Origin: Takakia lepidozioides
Lineage: Eukaryota > Plantae > Bryophyta
Direction: 5' to 3'
DNA: 64,000 bases
Assembly: GCA_030704615.1 (NCBI GenBank)
Contig: CM060732.1
Span: 51,956,001-52,020,000, forward strand
The notes beneath the pieces were generated by a model that saw only the letters and a list, made by a program, of their open reading frames with translations, was not told the origin of the DNA and searched no databases. A program made the translations under genes and the position numbers. This document shows, piece after piece, positions 49,201 to 62,800 of this stretch (position 1 is its first letter; each line of letters starts with the position of its first letter).

Positions 49201-52200
49201 AATGTAAAAAGGATGGGGACAGAAAAGAGGTCTAGCCGATCCCATCAGATTAAATTTTAGTTAAAGTTCCATTTAAGTTTTCATAGCTTCTCTGGCATTC
49301 AGGTTGCTTTGACTGAAATTTCCACAACCAAATCCCACACATTGCACAAAAAGAGAGAGAGAGAGAGAGGTGCCCAGTAGAGTAAGGAGGAAGCCGAAGC
49401 ACTTACAAGCCCCTTCTTTGCTTCAACGCTGTGTGCCCTCCGGCTCCTACTCTGTTGAAAGAGGGAAACGGAGGTATATGTCTGCAAGAGGTGGAGTACA
49501 AGATAGAGCATCCACCCCGAAGCGATGGTGATGTAGACATAAGAAAGAGCCAGTCGTAGGTCTGAAAGTAATGCAGGCTAGGGTTATCATCCATGGGAAA
49601 TAAGACTGTCAATGTGATGTAAGATGGAGCTGTGGTCCATGAGAGGTGCAAAGGGCTTAAAGAATAGAGAGGTCGCCTGCTTCAGCTCTGCCTCAGCCCT
49701 GTTAAGGAAGATCCCAAAAACTGGCAATTTATGTACTTGCCCTAGGAAACCTCGAACTATTTCAATGAGAACCTCAGTTTTAGGATTTCAAAGATTGCAG
49801 AGTGAGCTCAGTAGTAGTCAATCTTCAAGTTACACTCTTCTGGGAGTGCAGCTCTTCAATGCTTGATCTCTGTAGTAGATTAACATCAGTTCAAAATTAA
49901 AATTACTAAGATCTATGCTGCAAGACTCCACAAAACAGAGACTAGCCAAAGGGTGATCATCACAGCAATCACAACAGAAGTTCACACTGCACTCCCTGAC
50001 ACCATCCACTCCTTCACCAAGTATCTGCGTGACGCTGGGAATGGACTCTGTCTGGGAATGAAGTAGGAACTTATACATATGCATTCTATAGCCATCTGCT
50101 GAATGAATAGAATTGGATACGAGATTTGCGCAAAACCTGTTTAAGTATTTGCTTTGAATTAGCAAACAAAGCCTGAGCTTGTTCTCCCTGCGTGGTACAC
50201 AAACATGGCATGTAATCAAAAGTCACCATATGCTCGATGGAGAGTTGCACTTGATCCAGCAAGTTGCCCATGGCGTTTCTTACCATACGAATATTGCAGC
50301 TACAACGCATTTTAAACATATTTGACAGCTAAGAGAAAAATAGGTAAATATCATACATAAAAAAAGAGATAATACCTTGTCCAGGGCAAGGTATTCAACT
50401 GGCAATGTTCCGACTGAGTTCATTGGACATGGAAGACCGAGGAGCGTTGACTGCCATCCCAACACATAACAAAGCCAAACAAGCATTATAATCAAGCGCT
50501 GTCACTTCAGAGTATATGCTGTAGGATCGCCATCATTTCAGCAGGCTCTTCGAGATTCTACAACATGTGATCATAATGCAAGCACATAAACATCACTGTC
50601 ATTCAAAGGCCATGGCGTCCCACCATATCTTCCACCTCAAACCCAAAAATTCAACCTGCTGAAGAGCATAGAATCATGAAAATGATGTTACCATGAGGGG
50701 GGCAATATCACCCTGGTTGACGTCAATACGCTCCACGGCAGTTAGGCCCCATGCGAAAGGTGTCTTCTCGTGGTGGGTATGTTGATCTACAAATAGCACA
50801 CCATCATCAACATCATCCTCAGGGCTGGCAGGACCAGGTCCTCGAATACCAGCTCCCCAAGCTACAAGTGGTGTCTCTGTATTTGCTGGATCTCCATCTC
50901 CATGGCTGCCTGCATCAAGATGTTCAACGAGCAAGAGAAAATTAAATATGCCCACATTGGCGACAACTACTTGAGCACTGGCTCCTACCACTAGGCAAAT
51001 GCAAACAGACCTTCCATATTACCCTACTATACATTCATTGTAAAAACGATGTCCAATGCATATTCTGAGCTACTCTTCAAGCGAGAAGAGAACACACCTT
51101 TGTTGCTCATGCCATGGTCAGCAGTGAAGATGTAAGCCGTTTCTCCATCAGGGAAGCGGTCCTCCATAAGCTTCACAGTGCTCTCCACTCCACGATCCAC
51201 AAGCTTGATGTTGTTCAGATAAATAGGGGAGTAAGGGCGGTGTGCATGGCCATTTGTATCACAACCCAGCAGATGTAGAAACACAATTGATCCATCTTCT
51301 TCTAGAAATTTGCGAGGGTTCACATGCTCTAGTGATCCATTCAGAAACTCGGTGAAACGGTCGAATGCCCATTCGTCCAAGAAAGAAGCATCTGTACAAA
51401 TACACTGTTTCAGGCCATTGTTTCCAAGAGGGTAACAAACTCCACAACCAGACCATGCTTCTACATCATTACGGACTGCCAAGTGGACCATGAGCTCGTA
51501 TAGTCACCTCCCAAGTCTGAAAGATTTGCATGGAACAAATCAGTTAATGTCTGGTAGTGTCACACCATGAGCATTTGTGCCTACCCCTATCCTCCACTCT
51601 CTAAGTGGGTGATTACATTGAAGGCTAGGCAATGCCCACATCCACATTCGGAAGCAGAAGTTTAGGTGCAGAAGATTAGGTGCATGCAAAATGAGTAACT
51701 GAAGTAGGTTACACATGCCTAGATAAGGGGAATGTCAAGAGAGGGCGTGACGTACCCGTCGCAAAATCTTCAAACTCATGAGAATATGCCTTCCACTGAC
51801 TGTTAGATAAGCCTCCACAAAAAATGGGAACAATGTCGGGACTCCCAAAGGCCACTGTGTGCCTGCTTCTGTTGAACACAGAGTCAAACTCCACAGGGTT
51901 TGCTTTCCACCCTAAAATTCCCAATAGTGAATTGGTTAGAACACAATTGAGTCATGGGGGGTTTAGCCCTTAACTTACTTGGGCAGAGGCTTGTGACCAA
52001 TATGAGAGAGAGAGGAAAGAGCATGCTACTGAAAGGTCTCAGTTGGGGTTGAGGAAGGAGAATGAAAACTTTTGTCACTGAAACTGGAGCAAAGTAATGT
52101 TTGCTTAGAAAGACGTTTGCGTTTCGACTGCCTTAGAAATCATACCTTTAGTGACAGCACTTGGATCTTCATAGAAGCCTGCTATGATGGCAACATGGCC

Positions 52201-52998
52201 AGGTCGTGATTCGGTAGGAGGCCGTGCATGAGAAACCCCCCAGCGTCCTTTATTATGGATAATGTTGTGTAAAAAAGGTGCTCTGGGCTTCCCATCAATG
52301 TCCATCTCAAAGAATTTGTCAGCCCGCAATCCATCAGCTGTTGCCCACCACAAACAATATTACTAGGTGTATCTAAAGAGCTTCACAGCACATGCATTCC
52401 CGGTTTGCAAGTTTGATTTACTGATTTTGTCCATTCTTTCTACTTCTTCCTTTGTCTTTGTGTACACGGATTGTGATCGTTTCCAACGTGAACCGAAAAT
52501 GCAAGGTAGACTATTCATTGTGAATGTTCAAACATGGAAGTTTGGGTTAACGGTGAAATGCACACCACCTCTCTCTCATTCTACCTTGCACTCACAAGAA
52601 CCTTCTAATGCCGGGGCCGAGTGTGCAAAAGAGAGAGTGGGGAAAAATGAACAAAATCAATCAAACTGAAAACGCAAAATGGGAAATGCACATAAGAACA
52701 GGGGGGAAACGAAGACGAAAACGACAACGAATTGCTTGTACATTTCCTCTTGCACAGTGAAAGAAATTGAAACCCTGTTGAAAGCGGGGGAAAAAAATTG
52801 GTGAGGCAAAAAACCTATGAAAAGTACAAGGCGTTTGGCTGGGGGACGAATCCGGGGTGGCTCTGGGTCCATTCCATGGACGATGGGCGTCTTGAAGTAA
52901 ATGTCAAAAATACTGAGCATGTACAGCGAATGCAATACAACCCCCAGCACCACCAAACCCACCTCCCTCCATCTCCGCCGCTCCATTTCCCTTCTCAT
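43239..52998 (-). CDS. PIGN: GPI ethanolamine phosphate transferase 1 (PIG-N/MCD4), multi-exon, with an apparent deletion/frameshift near 49500-49600
   Basis: [79 protein letters not shown]. The last exon (43239-43430) reads [18 protein letters not shown]. Confidence 0.92.
45050..45260 (-). mobile_element. Short 3'-end copy of the same non-LTR family as 47205-48075, in a PIGN intron
   Basis: ATGGTGCTTTATAATGTCCACGGGAAGCTCAAAGAGCTTATGGGACAA closely matches 47225-47272. Confidence 0.55.
47205..48075 (-). mobile_element. 5'-truncated RTE-X/L2-like non-LTR retrotransposon in a PIGN intron, with internal ~180-bp duplication
   Basis: C-terminal motif [15 protein letters not shown]...RLCPAC...[13 protein letters not shown] and a short-repeat (CCATA/CATTT) tail. 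The segment at about 47427-47607 is repeated at about 47608-47775. Confidence 0.7.
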
Positions 52999-53985
52999 GC
53001 CTAACCACGCTGCTGTCTCATAACGCTTAAGCTTTGCGGGCTGGCTCCTGGGTCCCCCTTTGCCTCAGAGCTTAACAGCTGGGGGAAAAAATAAACACGC
53101 ACTCCTGATCATGTCAGACATCCCATAACAAGATGCTACAACAGGATTGTTGCCCCTCTCTCTAGAATCTCTCTTTCTCTGTGTGCATGAGCTTGCTTCC
53201 TCTTCTCCCCTGCTGCCGCCCAGGTCTACCTTTAATTAATTTTCTTAAATATTTTTTCTAAAAAAGAAAAATAAATAAAAAAGAAAAACCGCGCGGTTAG
53301 GTATGGCAACCGCGCGGTGTGGGTGCAAGCAGTTGCGGTCAACCAAGGGATGCAAGAGCGTGCTCACGTGCGCGTCACTGTCGCGTGTGCGCATATGCGG
53401 CCCCACCACGCGTCGCTCATGAGACCCACCACCTTGCAACTTGCAGCAACGTGCTTCCGAGTCCGACAGAATAAGATGGACTTATCATCCACAGATGAGG
53501 ATGGTTTACTATCGCGACCTTTATCGTCAGGTTCTTGATTTATGTGCGAAAGTAGGGGATAATAAGAGGTACATGTTCCATATCCCACTGGCTTTTCTTT
53601 TCTATTTTTTTGAGCAGAAATCTTGGGCGGGTACATATAGTTTAACTACCGGCCGGATGTCGATCGAAGTATCAATCGCCATATTGATACCAGGACCCGG
53701 CCATTTCCAACCGCTGTCCACTTCCCTGTACTTGATTTTAATTTTCAACGATTGGGGTTACATGGGGTACCCCACATATATTCCAACTGCCTCCACATGT
53801 CCACTTCCCTTTACTATTTTAATTTTCAAACAATCGGGGGTACATGGGGTTACATTGTCTTCCGACAGGATGACCCCAGGAGAGTAAATGCACAGTCCTT
53901 GTTTCTGCCCCTAATATCGATACTGCGCCAGCATTGCCTTTGCGATTACCAGTCTCGGTAGGGCATGGATCATTGACGTATTGAC

Positions 53986-54929
53986 CAGTGTTGTGCGGGT
54001 TCTGCCTTTTTAAGGAAGTGCGGGTTTTTTTTCGGAGCCAAGTCCGGGTCCGGATCCGGGTTTTTGAAATTTGGAAAATCTGGGTCCGGGTTCTTGTCCG
54101 GGTTCGGGTCAGGGTTTGTCAACACGGACTCGGGTTAGGGTCCGGGTAGTTGATGGGAAATATTTCGGGTTCACGGGTTCACGGGTTCGGATCCGGGTCC
54201 TAATTTATTGATTAAATAAATTATAAAAATAAGATTAATCAGGGATAAAATTATTTTTGGCTGGAAAAAACTTTAAATCTTAATAATGAATTTTATTTTA
54301 AGAGACGGTCCTTCAAAATATACCATGAATATGAATATGTATACCACAAATAAGAATTAAAATAGAAGTTTGAGTTCCATTTTATATTCTTCAATATCAA
54401 TTCTTTAAACATGTTAAGAATAGTAATATGCCTCAAGGATAGATCACTATAGCATGGATGTGTGGGATCTGGCCTAATAATAATGTATGACGCCTCCTTT
54501 GGGAGGGGTAAATTATGGTCCCATAGGGCACAACTTTGTGACACCACTCCGTGCATTGAACCCACAACCGCTTTTGAGGTGGTATGTGGGCATTACCATT
54601 GGGCTACAACGTGGTGGGGCTGGCTGCTGCAGTGGCCTATTGCTGCTCGTCCCCTCCACACACATGACAAAACCTACCAGATCTAAGGTGGACCCCGCAT
54701 GCCCATCTAAAATTAAGACCCGGACCCTGACCCGCTACACTAGCCCCGGGGGTAGCGGGTTTAAGGGGTTCTGGACCCAGCAGGCGGGTCCGGTTCCGGG
54801 TTCCGGGTTCATTTTAGAAATGAACCCGGGTCAGGGTCCGGTTTTTTGAGAGCACGGGTCCGGGTCCGGGTAACCCAGATCCTAACGCGCCGGGTACCCG
54901 CCTTCAAAACCCGGACCCGCACAACACTG
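53986..54929. mobile_element. Non-autonomous hAT element (944 bp)
   Basis: 15-bp perfect TIR CAGTGTTGTGCGGGT/ACCCGCACAACACTG, 8-bp TSD GTATTGAC (53978-53985, 54930-54937) and dense subterminal CCGGGT motifs. Confidence 0.92.
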
Positions 54930-54947
54930 GTATTGACCTACCTCACA

Positions 54948-55012
54948 TGGTAGCAGGGTTTGAACCCAGAATCACCTGGGTGGCTCTCAGTGCACTATCC
55001 AACCCACTGTTG
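54948..55012 (-). mobile_element. SINE 5' fragment of the same family as 30507-30750
   Basis: The reverse complement CCAACAGTGG...AGTGCACTGAGAGCCACCCAGGTGATTCTGGGTTCAAACCCTGCTAC aligns to 30507-30580. Confidence 0.7.
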
Positions 55013-55926
55013 GTCTTTATTTTATTTTTTATTATTATTTTTTATCTCGTGAAGGGGACCAAAAATAAGTTGGAAACAAATATTCCAAGTAATATAACGA
55101 CGTTGGCAACTTACTATCATCTCTAACTGGTAACCTACCCTCTCATACATCCACAATAATATTGTACAAAGAGCGGTTCAATGCAGCATTCCAGATTTGA
55201 ACCCAGCATCACAAGGGTGTCGCTGAGTACTTTATGTGGGCCCCATCATGGTGCCCATGGGCCAGGTGTCAGTGTCCCACGATGTCATGCTGTCAGGATG
55301 GACAGTCCACAATAAATAAGTAATAATAACCCGAATTTCTAAAATATCTCAGTAGGAAAATCGGGATGATAAAGTGCGGTATGGATGTAGAAGTGACGAC
55401 TGGATGAGCGGTAAATCATTCGCCTGAAAATGGGTTCGAGAAAAACGCAGACAAGGCGACGGCCTCGACTGGCGAGTATATAATCCCGATCGCTGTGGGG
55501 CACTCACACACTCAGACTCAGACAGGGTGGTCGCTCTCTTGTCTCTCTTTCTTCCTCGCTCTCTCTCTCTTGCGATCACACTCGATCTCTCTCGCACCCT
55601 CCCTTCCAGAGATCTCTCTCACTCTCGGTCACTCTCCCTTGGACAGAGATCGATCTCTCTCTCTAGCGATCACTCTCCCTTTTAAGATCTCTCTCTCTCT
55701 CTCAATCGCTCGATCTCTCTCATGGCGAACTGGCTTACACAGGAGGATAATGTCCCGCCCCAGGAATGGTCTCTGTTCTACTACGAGCGCTTCGAATTTC
55801 CAGTAGAGGCAACTGGCAACGTCGTCACCGCCGAGGAGTGGCTGCGAGCAGGCTCGGCCTTCTTTGAGCCACCAATTTTTCGAGGTAGGGTCATCTTCCA
55901 GACTTCACCTATATTTTACCTGCGGG

Positions 55927-56270
55927 AAGGGAGGGAGAAGGAAGACACAGAGATTGAGAGAGAGAAATGGAGGCCTTCAAAAGAGAACCAAACCAACAGA
56001 TGAGGTGGAAAAATCATAGAGAAAAGGAAATCTCTCGAGAAGGCACTGTTCGTTCTAGGCACTCTCGATCGGTACCCCGTACAACCTAGTCTCTCTCAAG
56101 TTGCGGTAAGTACGTCCCTGATAAGACACTTTGAGGTGATGTGGCGTGGCGTGGAATGGAGTTATGCAACAGTCCATTTCACCAGTAAAATCACGAGGAA
56201 ATTCAGTGGCCGTGCTTACCTCCGGCTAGCCTACACTTGAGACACACAACCACACTGTAAACTAGCACTC
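55927..56270. repeat. Inverted copy of 31750-32095 (upstream region / putative 5' UTR intron of the kinesin gene)
   Basis: For example, CTCAAGTTGCGGTAAGTACGTCCCTG.TAAGACACTTTGAGGT.ATGTGGCGTGGCGTGGAATGGAGTTATGC is the reverse complement of about 31855-31927. Confidence 0.9.
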
Positions 56271-56387
56271 ATGTTTCCCTCAGCAATCAAAGTTCTGTTT
56301 GGTCTAGTTTTCTGTAGTTTCTGTGGTTTTCTCTGGTCAAAGTAGGGTACAGATTTCATTTATGTCTTACTGGTCAGGAAAAGCGGA

Positions 56388-57059
56388 ATGCATGCTGCAG
56401 GACAGCCAGCACTACGTTGTGGATCAGGCTGGGAGTATGCGCTTTATGGTGATCAAGTGATGCACCCAATGCAAGCACTTACCATTCTTGCAGCTCAGGT
56501 TGCAGAGATCCAGCCTACACACCTCCGAAGTAATTTTCCCGAATTTCGGCTGTCCGCTGATCGAATGATCCAGCGAGTACCCCCACTTCCTCTTCCTCAT
56601 CCTGCAGCAAGACTGCAAGATCACCATTTTACTTCACGTTCGGGCCCAATATTCTCGAAGCGACTGCCCCCTCCACTTCCTCATCCTACAGAAAGACTGC
56701 AAGAGCACTGGAATGCACCTACACCTTTCCCACTTGTTCCAAGGAACTCGCATGATTTCGGGTTAGGCTGGTACCTTTATGATCAGAGTCCAATGATCTA
56801 TGACTTGCCGCCCCCTCCTCATCCTACAACCAGAGTGCACACGCCAGCACGTCCCCCAGGAAATCAGGGAGCATCTCCACTTCACAGTGAGGCCCATTCA
56901 GTGAGACCTCGGTTTGATGTTCAGGTTACAACTACCCAGCTCAACCCGCGATATCTACCTCCCTCTCCAAGAGTGGGATTGGTTCCTAGTGTCGCCACTC
57001 GTCTAGGCACTCGGATCTACGAACCTTATCTGCACAGGGATTACACATCTCGGCAATAG
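56388..57059 (+). CDS. Orphan proline-rich ORF (223 aa) with three PPLPHP-x-R-LQ-type repeats
   Basis: Long open frame preceded by a CT-rich leader (55500-55720) and splice-like sites; no recognisable domain. Confidence 0.35.
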   Translation: MHAAGQPALRCGSGWEYALYGDQVMHPMQALTILAAQVAEIQPTHLRSNFPEFRLSADRMIQRVPPLPLPHPAARLQDHHFTSRSGPIFSKRLPPPLPHPTERLQEHWNAPTPFPLVPRNSHDFGLGWYLYDQSPMIYDLPPPPHPTTRVHTPARPPGNQGASPLHSEAHSVRPRFDVQVTTTQLNPRYLPPSPRVGLVPSVATRLGTRIYEPYLHRDYTSRQ

Positions 57060-59110
57060 TCGAACCAACAAGCATGTTTTTGTAACCCGAAAGAAAGATT
57101 GTGTTACGCAGGGTTTAGATCATAGATACATGTACATATATGTTAGCGATTTCCTGCAAGTTCACATGTAACATTATGTACAAAGCTGTTTATGTTCAGA
57201 GAGACTTGGTCCGAACCAAATTTGTATGTAACAATTCAAGATTGAAAGACTCCGACTTGGAAGGAAAAGTTAGTTTTTCTTAATATTGATTCTCTTCACT
57301 TTTCTAAGTGCCATCATGTTCAACTTCATTTGCATAGTCAATCCATTTCGCCTAGGGAAATTTTCAGTATTGCACGATCTACCATTTGGTACTGCATCAC
57401 GGTGTGAAACATGTGGTAAGTATTCAAGTATTTCATCCATGATATGCTAAATCATAACCATGTTAAAATTCCCAGTATCTTGAGTCTTCAGTGAGACAGT
57501 GAAGCGCAAATCTTTGGGGGAGTTTGTAGACAAATACTTTTTCTCAATTGAATCGTGTTCGCGTGCAACAGATCTGCAAAGACACTCATAAACTTACAAG
57601 TAAACTTTCCAGTTGATCCCTAATTTTGGTTGAGAAATTATGGTGGGAATACGGGAATAAGCTTCTTGACATCATGCATCTAGCCTGTTGGAGATACCAA
57701 ATTGAAGAAGCTACCGTTGATGTGTTGTATCCACTATACTTGACATAGTGAAATTCCCAAAGCGAGGTCAGCCCCAATTTTCTGTTATATTTATGTACAT
57801 ATATAAAGTTTTAGCAAGATGCCATGAACAGACCTCCAATTACTAGTTGAACCTTGAATAGAGGTCCTCTGAAATTCCAGAAATAAGGCCTAGAGAATCC
57901 TTTAACCAGTTGGACAGTTTAGCTCAAAGAACTCCCAGTTCAGTTCACTGACACATGACAGAATGCAGACCTGTGATTTTTCGTAGCAGGGATCATTAGC
58001 TTCACAAGCTTATTTCTTTGCAGGTTGGACATTTTTGCCTCGGAACTGGTACCTGTAGGGACACATGACATAATGCAAACCTGTGATTTTCCAAAGTGCA
58101 ATGATCATTAAATTCACAAGCTTGCTCACAACTAAGAGCTACATTGTCCAGACATGAGCCAGACATACTACATAAATTTTGGGGTCAGAATGTGATGATC
58201 GCAGACGGAGCATGATCTACATGATATGTATGTGGTGTCCTGATCACATATAGCGAGTGTAATATTAGTGTGGTAAATGATGCAATCAAAAAGCTCTCCA
58301 TTCACTGTTCAGCCTTGGTCTGTAGTATCTAACTGAATGTACCCCCTTGCGTAGATCGACCTTTGATACATCAGGTTAGTATATACAGTACTGAACTCAT
58401 CTGAGCTTTTTGGACAGCTTATTAATTTCCAAGGACCAATGGTGAGCCATGACTGGTGCACATTATTTGGGGTAATCATGATCATGTACCATATCTCTCA
58501 ACGTCGTAAGCTACATGGGGTTTCAGGAGGTCTTCCTATCCATTATTGTGATCTATTACATGTACAGTACATATTTACATGTAGACTTGGCTGAGCTTCA
58601 GATTCCCTACCTGGATTTTCCAGATAAAATGAACTGGACCTAGCAAGAAAGCAAGAACTCTAACCTTCAGAGTACCCTCCCCCAAAAAAAAAATCCATCC
58701 CCTGAGGGACATTACATGTGTAGCTGAATTGTGGAGGTTCCTTGGCCCATGTCACCCTTACCTAGAGCTGCATTCAGTCCAGTGTACAGTATCGCTAGTG
58801 GTTTCAGCATTATGTCTAATGTTGGTAGTATGGTCTCATATATATCTCTAACTAACATTTTTCCTAGAGGGGTCATGTATTCCCATCCATACGCAAAGAA
58901 ATCATAAACTTGTATTTAAATGTCAGAACTTGGTGGTGGTTATAGATCTATCATAGACATCTTTCATATAGAGCTTCAGATTCCTAAGTTGCTAAACTTC
59001 AGAGGTACCTCTAGGTAAGACCAGAGCAGTGATTTTGATATCAAATAATTGAATAGGTATATTAAACTCACAGAAGAGAGGACGCAACAATGGCCCAACG
59101 ATTGTACATG

Positions 59111-59898
59111 TGTTGTTAGCTATCAGGGAATGAGCCATGGGACGTACCTTGGCCAATCATATGGGTGGCGTTAGAACTCAGGTGGGTTGCATCTGGCAAT
59201 AAGTCTGCAGACTTTGACAGTAGGACACCACTCACAATCAATGGACGGATATAATAAGCTGGGATATAGAGTGGACAAAATCTAAAAAAAAGTGCGTCTC
59301 TCCTTTCATCTAATTGAATCCACGTGCGGAAATACGAAAAGAGCTCTGCGATCATGCAGATTTTAACTCATTGAATTGAGATCATGTTGTAAATGAGCTA
59401 AGAATCAGGCATCAAAAGCTAATTATTGGGTATCTGGATTAGCCCATATACATGCCCATGGGGCCTTCCTCTGTACAGGAGAAGACCGGATAGTAACCAT
59501 GAGCAAGATAGATACATTAAGCAATGATTAATTATGACGTTCAGCAGGAATAAATTGGTAAAGTATACTAATTTCAAGGCTCATGTTGCTAATATGTTTA
59601 AATGGGAATACACTAGGTCTACCCAGGCAATGTGTTCTGAAGGTATTAATTAGGCATAGAGAGCCATATTTTGTGCCCCATGGGTAACTCATTGGGTAAA
59701 TGGGATACAATAGTCCCAGGCTGTGTCTGTTAATGTATGTTGGAAGGAAAGATATATGTGAACGGCATCCCCACATAGTAGTATCGTACCTGTCTCTCAC
59801 TGTGGAATGGTAGAATTGTAGAAAAACCAAGCACACAATACTATCTAGAACAGCAATTCATAAGATCAAGCAATCAAACACCACGATGGTAAACAACA
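59111..59898 (-). repeat. 3' LTR of the Copia element (788 bp)
   Basis: Termini TGTTGTT...AACAACA (7-bp inverted repeat), immediately preceded on the minus strand by the polypurine tract GAGTGGGAG (59899-59907). Confidence 0.75.
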
Positions 59899-62800
59899 CT
59901 CCCACTCACTGGTTATTCCATGGCAAGAGAAAGATCCTACAAAACAAAATGAATAGCCAATGTGTGCACAAAAAACTCACACTCAGATTGGTTGCACTAT
60001 CAATCCAAGCATGCTACGGAATCGATTAAACTTGTCAGCGGTAAGAGGCTTCGTTAAGATATCTACGATCTGTGCATTCGTATTCATATACGTCATCTGG
60101 ATTGCACCCTGTGCCTGAAAATCTCGCAGCATATGATTTGCACATCAATGTGCTTTGTTCTTCGATGAAACTCCGGATTCAACAATTGGATTGCACTTTG
60201 ATTGTCTGAATATAAGGGAGTAGGGTCATTCTGTGTGTGCCCAAGATCAGACAGCAACCTTCGTAACCAGATTGTCTCCTTCGCAGTTAAACAGGCTGCT
60301 ATGTACTCTGACTCTGTCGTGGAACCTGCTGTGCACATTTGTTTTCTGCTCACCCACGTAACCTGCTTGATTGAGTAATGTGACGCTCCCACTTCTAGAT
60401 CATCGATCGTCCAAGTCCCCTGCATAGTCAGCATCAGCAAGTCGTAAGAGTGTTTGAATTCTTGCAACGTGAGTAGCACAGACGATAGTCTGTTGTCCCC
60501 CTGAGATATTTGAATATCCTCTTTACAGCTGTGCAATGAATTCGTTTGGGATTATGTGAATACTTAGCCACAGTGCTGACCGAATATGCAATGTCTGGCC
60601 TTGTGCCAATCATGGCGACATCAAGCTCCCAACTGCCTGTTGGTAAGGAACTCATGTTCCTCTTCTTCATCTTCACCTCTTGGTAGATGCAACTGCACAT
60701 TGGGATCTGCAGGTGTACTCACTGTATATGCATCCCTAAATCCAAATTTTTGGATTATGAACATCACGTATCGGTTTGGTCTATGGTGATCGATCGCAAT
60801 CCCCTGTTTCTTTCAATGTGAAGGCCAACATAGCATTCGGCGCTTCCAGCTTTAACTTCAAATTCCTTGTTAAGAAAACTAATCATACCATCCAGTATTT
60901 CTTTGCTCTCCGAGCAACCTAGCCCGTCATCCACAAAAATGATGGTGAATAATTTTGGTGGTGAGTTGCGAAAATACACACAGGGGTCTGCTGCGCTGGG
61001 TTGCAGGTCATATTTGACCAGAAAATCATTGAACCTCGTGTTCCATGCCCTCGATGCTTGACGAAGTCCATATAAACTTTTTTAATAGTCTACAGACTTT
61101 CTTTTCTTCTCCTGGCTTCACATAGCCTCTGGGTTGATCATATATATCTCCTCCTGTAACTCTCATGCAGAAAGCGGTTTTTATATCGAACTGAATCATT
61201 TCTAGATCCTCAGCGGCAGCCACTGCTAATAGGGTTCTGATTGAATCGAATTTCGCAACGGGGGCAAAAGTTTCTTGAAAATCAATTCCATACTCCTGCG
61301 AGTATCCTTTTGCAACCAACCGGGCTTTATACCTCTCAATACTCCCATCTGCTCGAGGCTTTACCTTGTATACCCATTTGCACTTCACGGTGTCTTCCCT
61401 TTGGCAGATCAACAAGCATCCACGTTTCATTTTTGTTGTACCAGTCAATTTCTTCCTTCATTGCTAGGCACCTTGTATACCCATTTGCACTTCACTGTGT
61501 GTCTTCCCTTTGGCAGATCAACAAGCATCCACGTTTCATTTTTGTGTAACGAGTCATTTCTTCCTTCATTGCTAGCTCCCACTTAGCTCGATCAGGAGAC
61601 ATCATCGCCTCCTCATACCGTTTTGGCTCCTCTGGTAATGGTATGTATTCAGTTATTCCAGCAAACGTAGGGTAATTACTCTCCGACTCGCCGAATGTCT
61701 GTGGTGGCCGTCGAGATCGACGTACTCGGTTCCCTGACTTTGCAAGCTTGGTGCAACCCGCTCAGGCCCTGTGTTGCTGCATGAATTTCGCCTTCATCCA
61801 TGGCAATAGGTAGATCCACTACTAACTGAAGCTCAGGATGCTCATTATGTTGGTCAATCGTATTCCCCTCGAATTTTGTACTTCTGGAGCCATTTTGTCT
61901 CCCACCCCTCAAGTACCATAGTGCACGTTTAGGTCTGCTCATCATTTCTTCGATGGGTAAGAATTACGGTTACCCTTCTCATCTACTACACATCACGGCT
62001 GATGATATGTGCTGCTGCCAATATCCCATAGCCGATACACCTTAGATTCCACACTGTAACCAAGAAATATGCACTTTTTGCTCTTGGCATCCAATTTTTT
62101 TCTCAGCTCTTTGGGTACATTGAATATGCCATGCTAACAACACTCGTAGATGCCTGATGTCAGGGTTCTTCCCATTCCAGGCCTCCAAAGGTGTTTTCCC
62201 CTCAACAACCCTGGTTCCCGTTCGATTTAGGGTGTATGCAGCTGTAGTGGCAGCTTCTGCCCAGAAATTGGACTGAGACCTTTTGCTTGCAGATAACATC
62301 TAACTCTTTCAACCAGAGTCCATTGGCCTTTCGATGACACCATTTTGCTCTGGGGATATGGCGCTGTAAGTTCCTGCCGAATTCCATCTTCAGGAAAGTC
62401 TGAATTTTGCGCTCAAGAATTCTCTCATCTGTCGCTTCTAAGTTTTCTCACTGCAGTCCTGTCTCTATCTCTGATTCCACACACAGCTGCTTGAAGAACT
62501 TGTTGAGAACTTCTCCTTTGTTTTCATGCAATAAAGATCCTATAGCTGCTATGATCATCTTTAACATGAAAAATGTTTGGAACCTCCATGCGAGTCTACA
62601 TTCATTGTACACACATCAGCATGGTAGAACTTCCAGGAGTTGAACCCTCTCACGTTCTTCATTTACTGGAAACGCAACTCTGTGATTCTTGCCCATGGCA
62701 CAAACCTTCACAGAACTCCAGATCTGCATTAGGGTTCAGATTTTCATACCATTGACGATTTGTGTTTTCTCCATTTGTTTAATCATGTCGACACTGATGT

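Noticed and set aside
54030-54920. Repeated CCGGGT motifs as a CRISPR-like or satellite array
   Set aside because: Irregularly spaced subterminal motifs of the hAT element, with no repeat-spacer structure.
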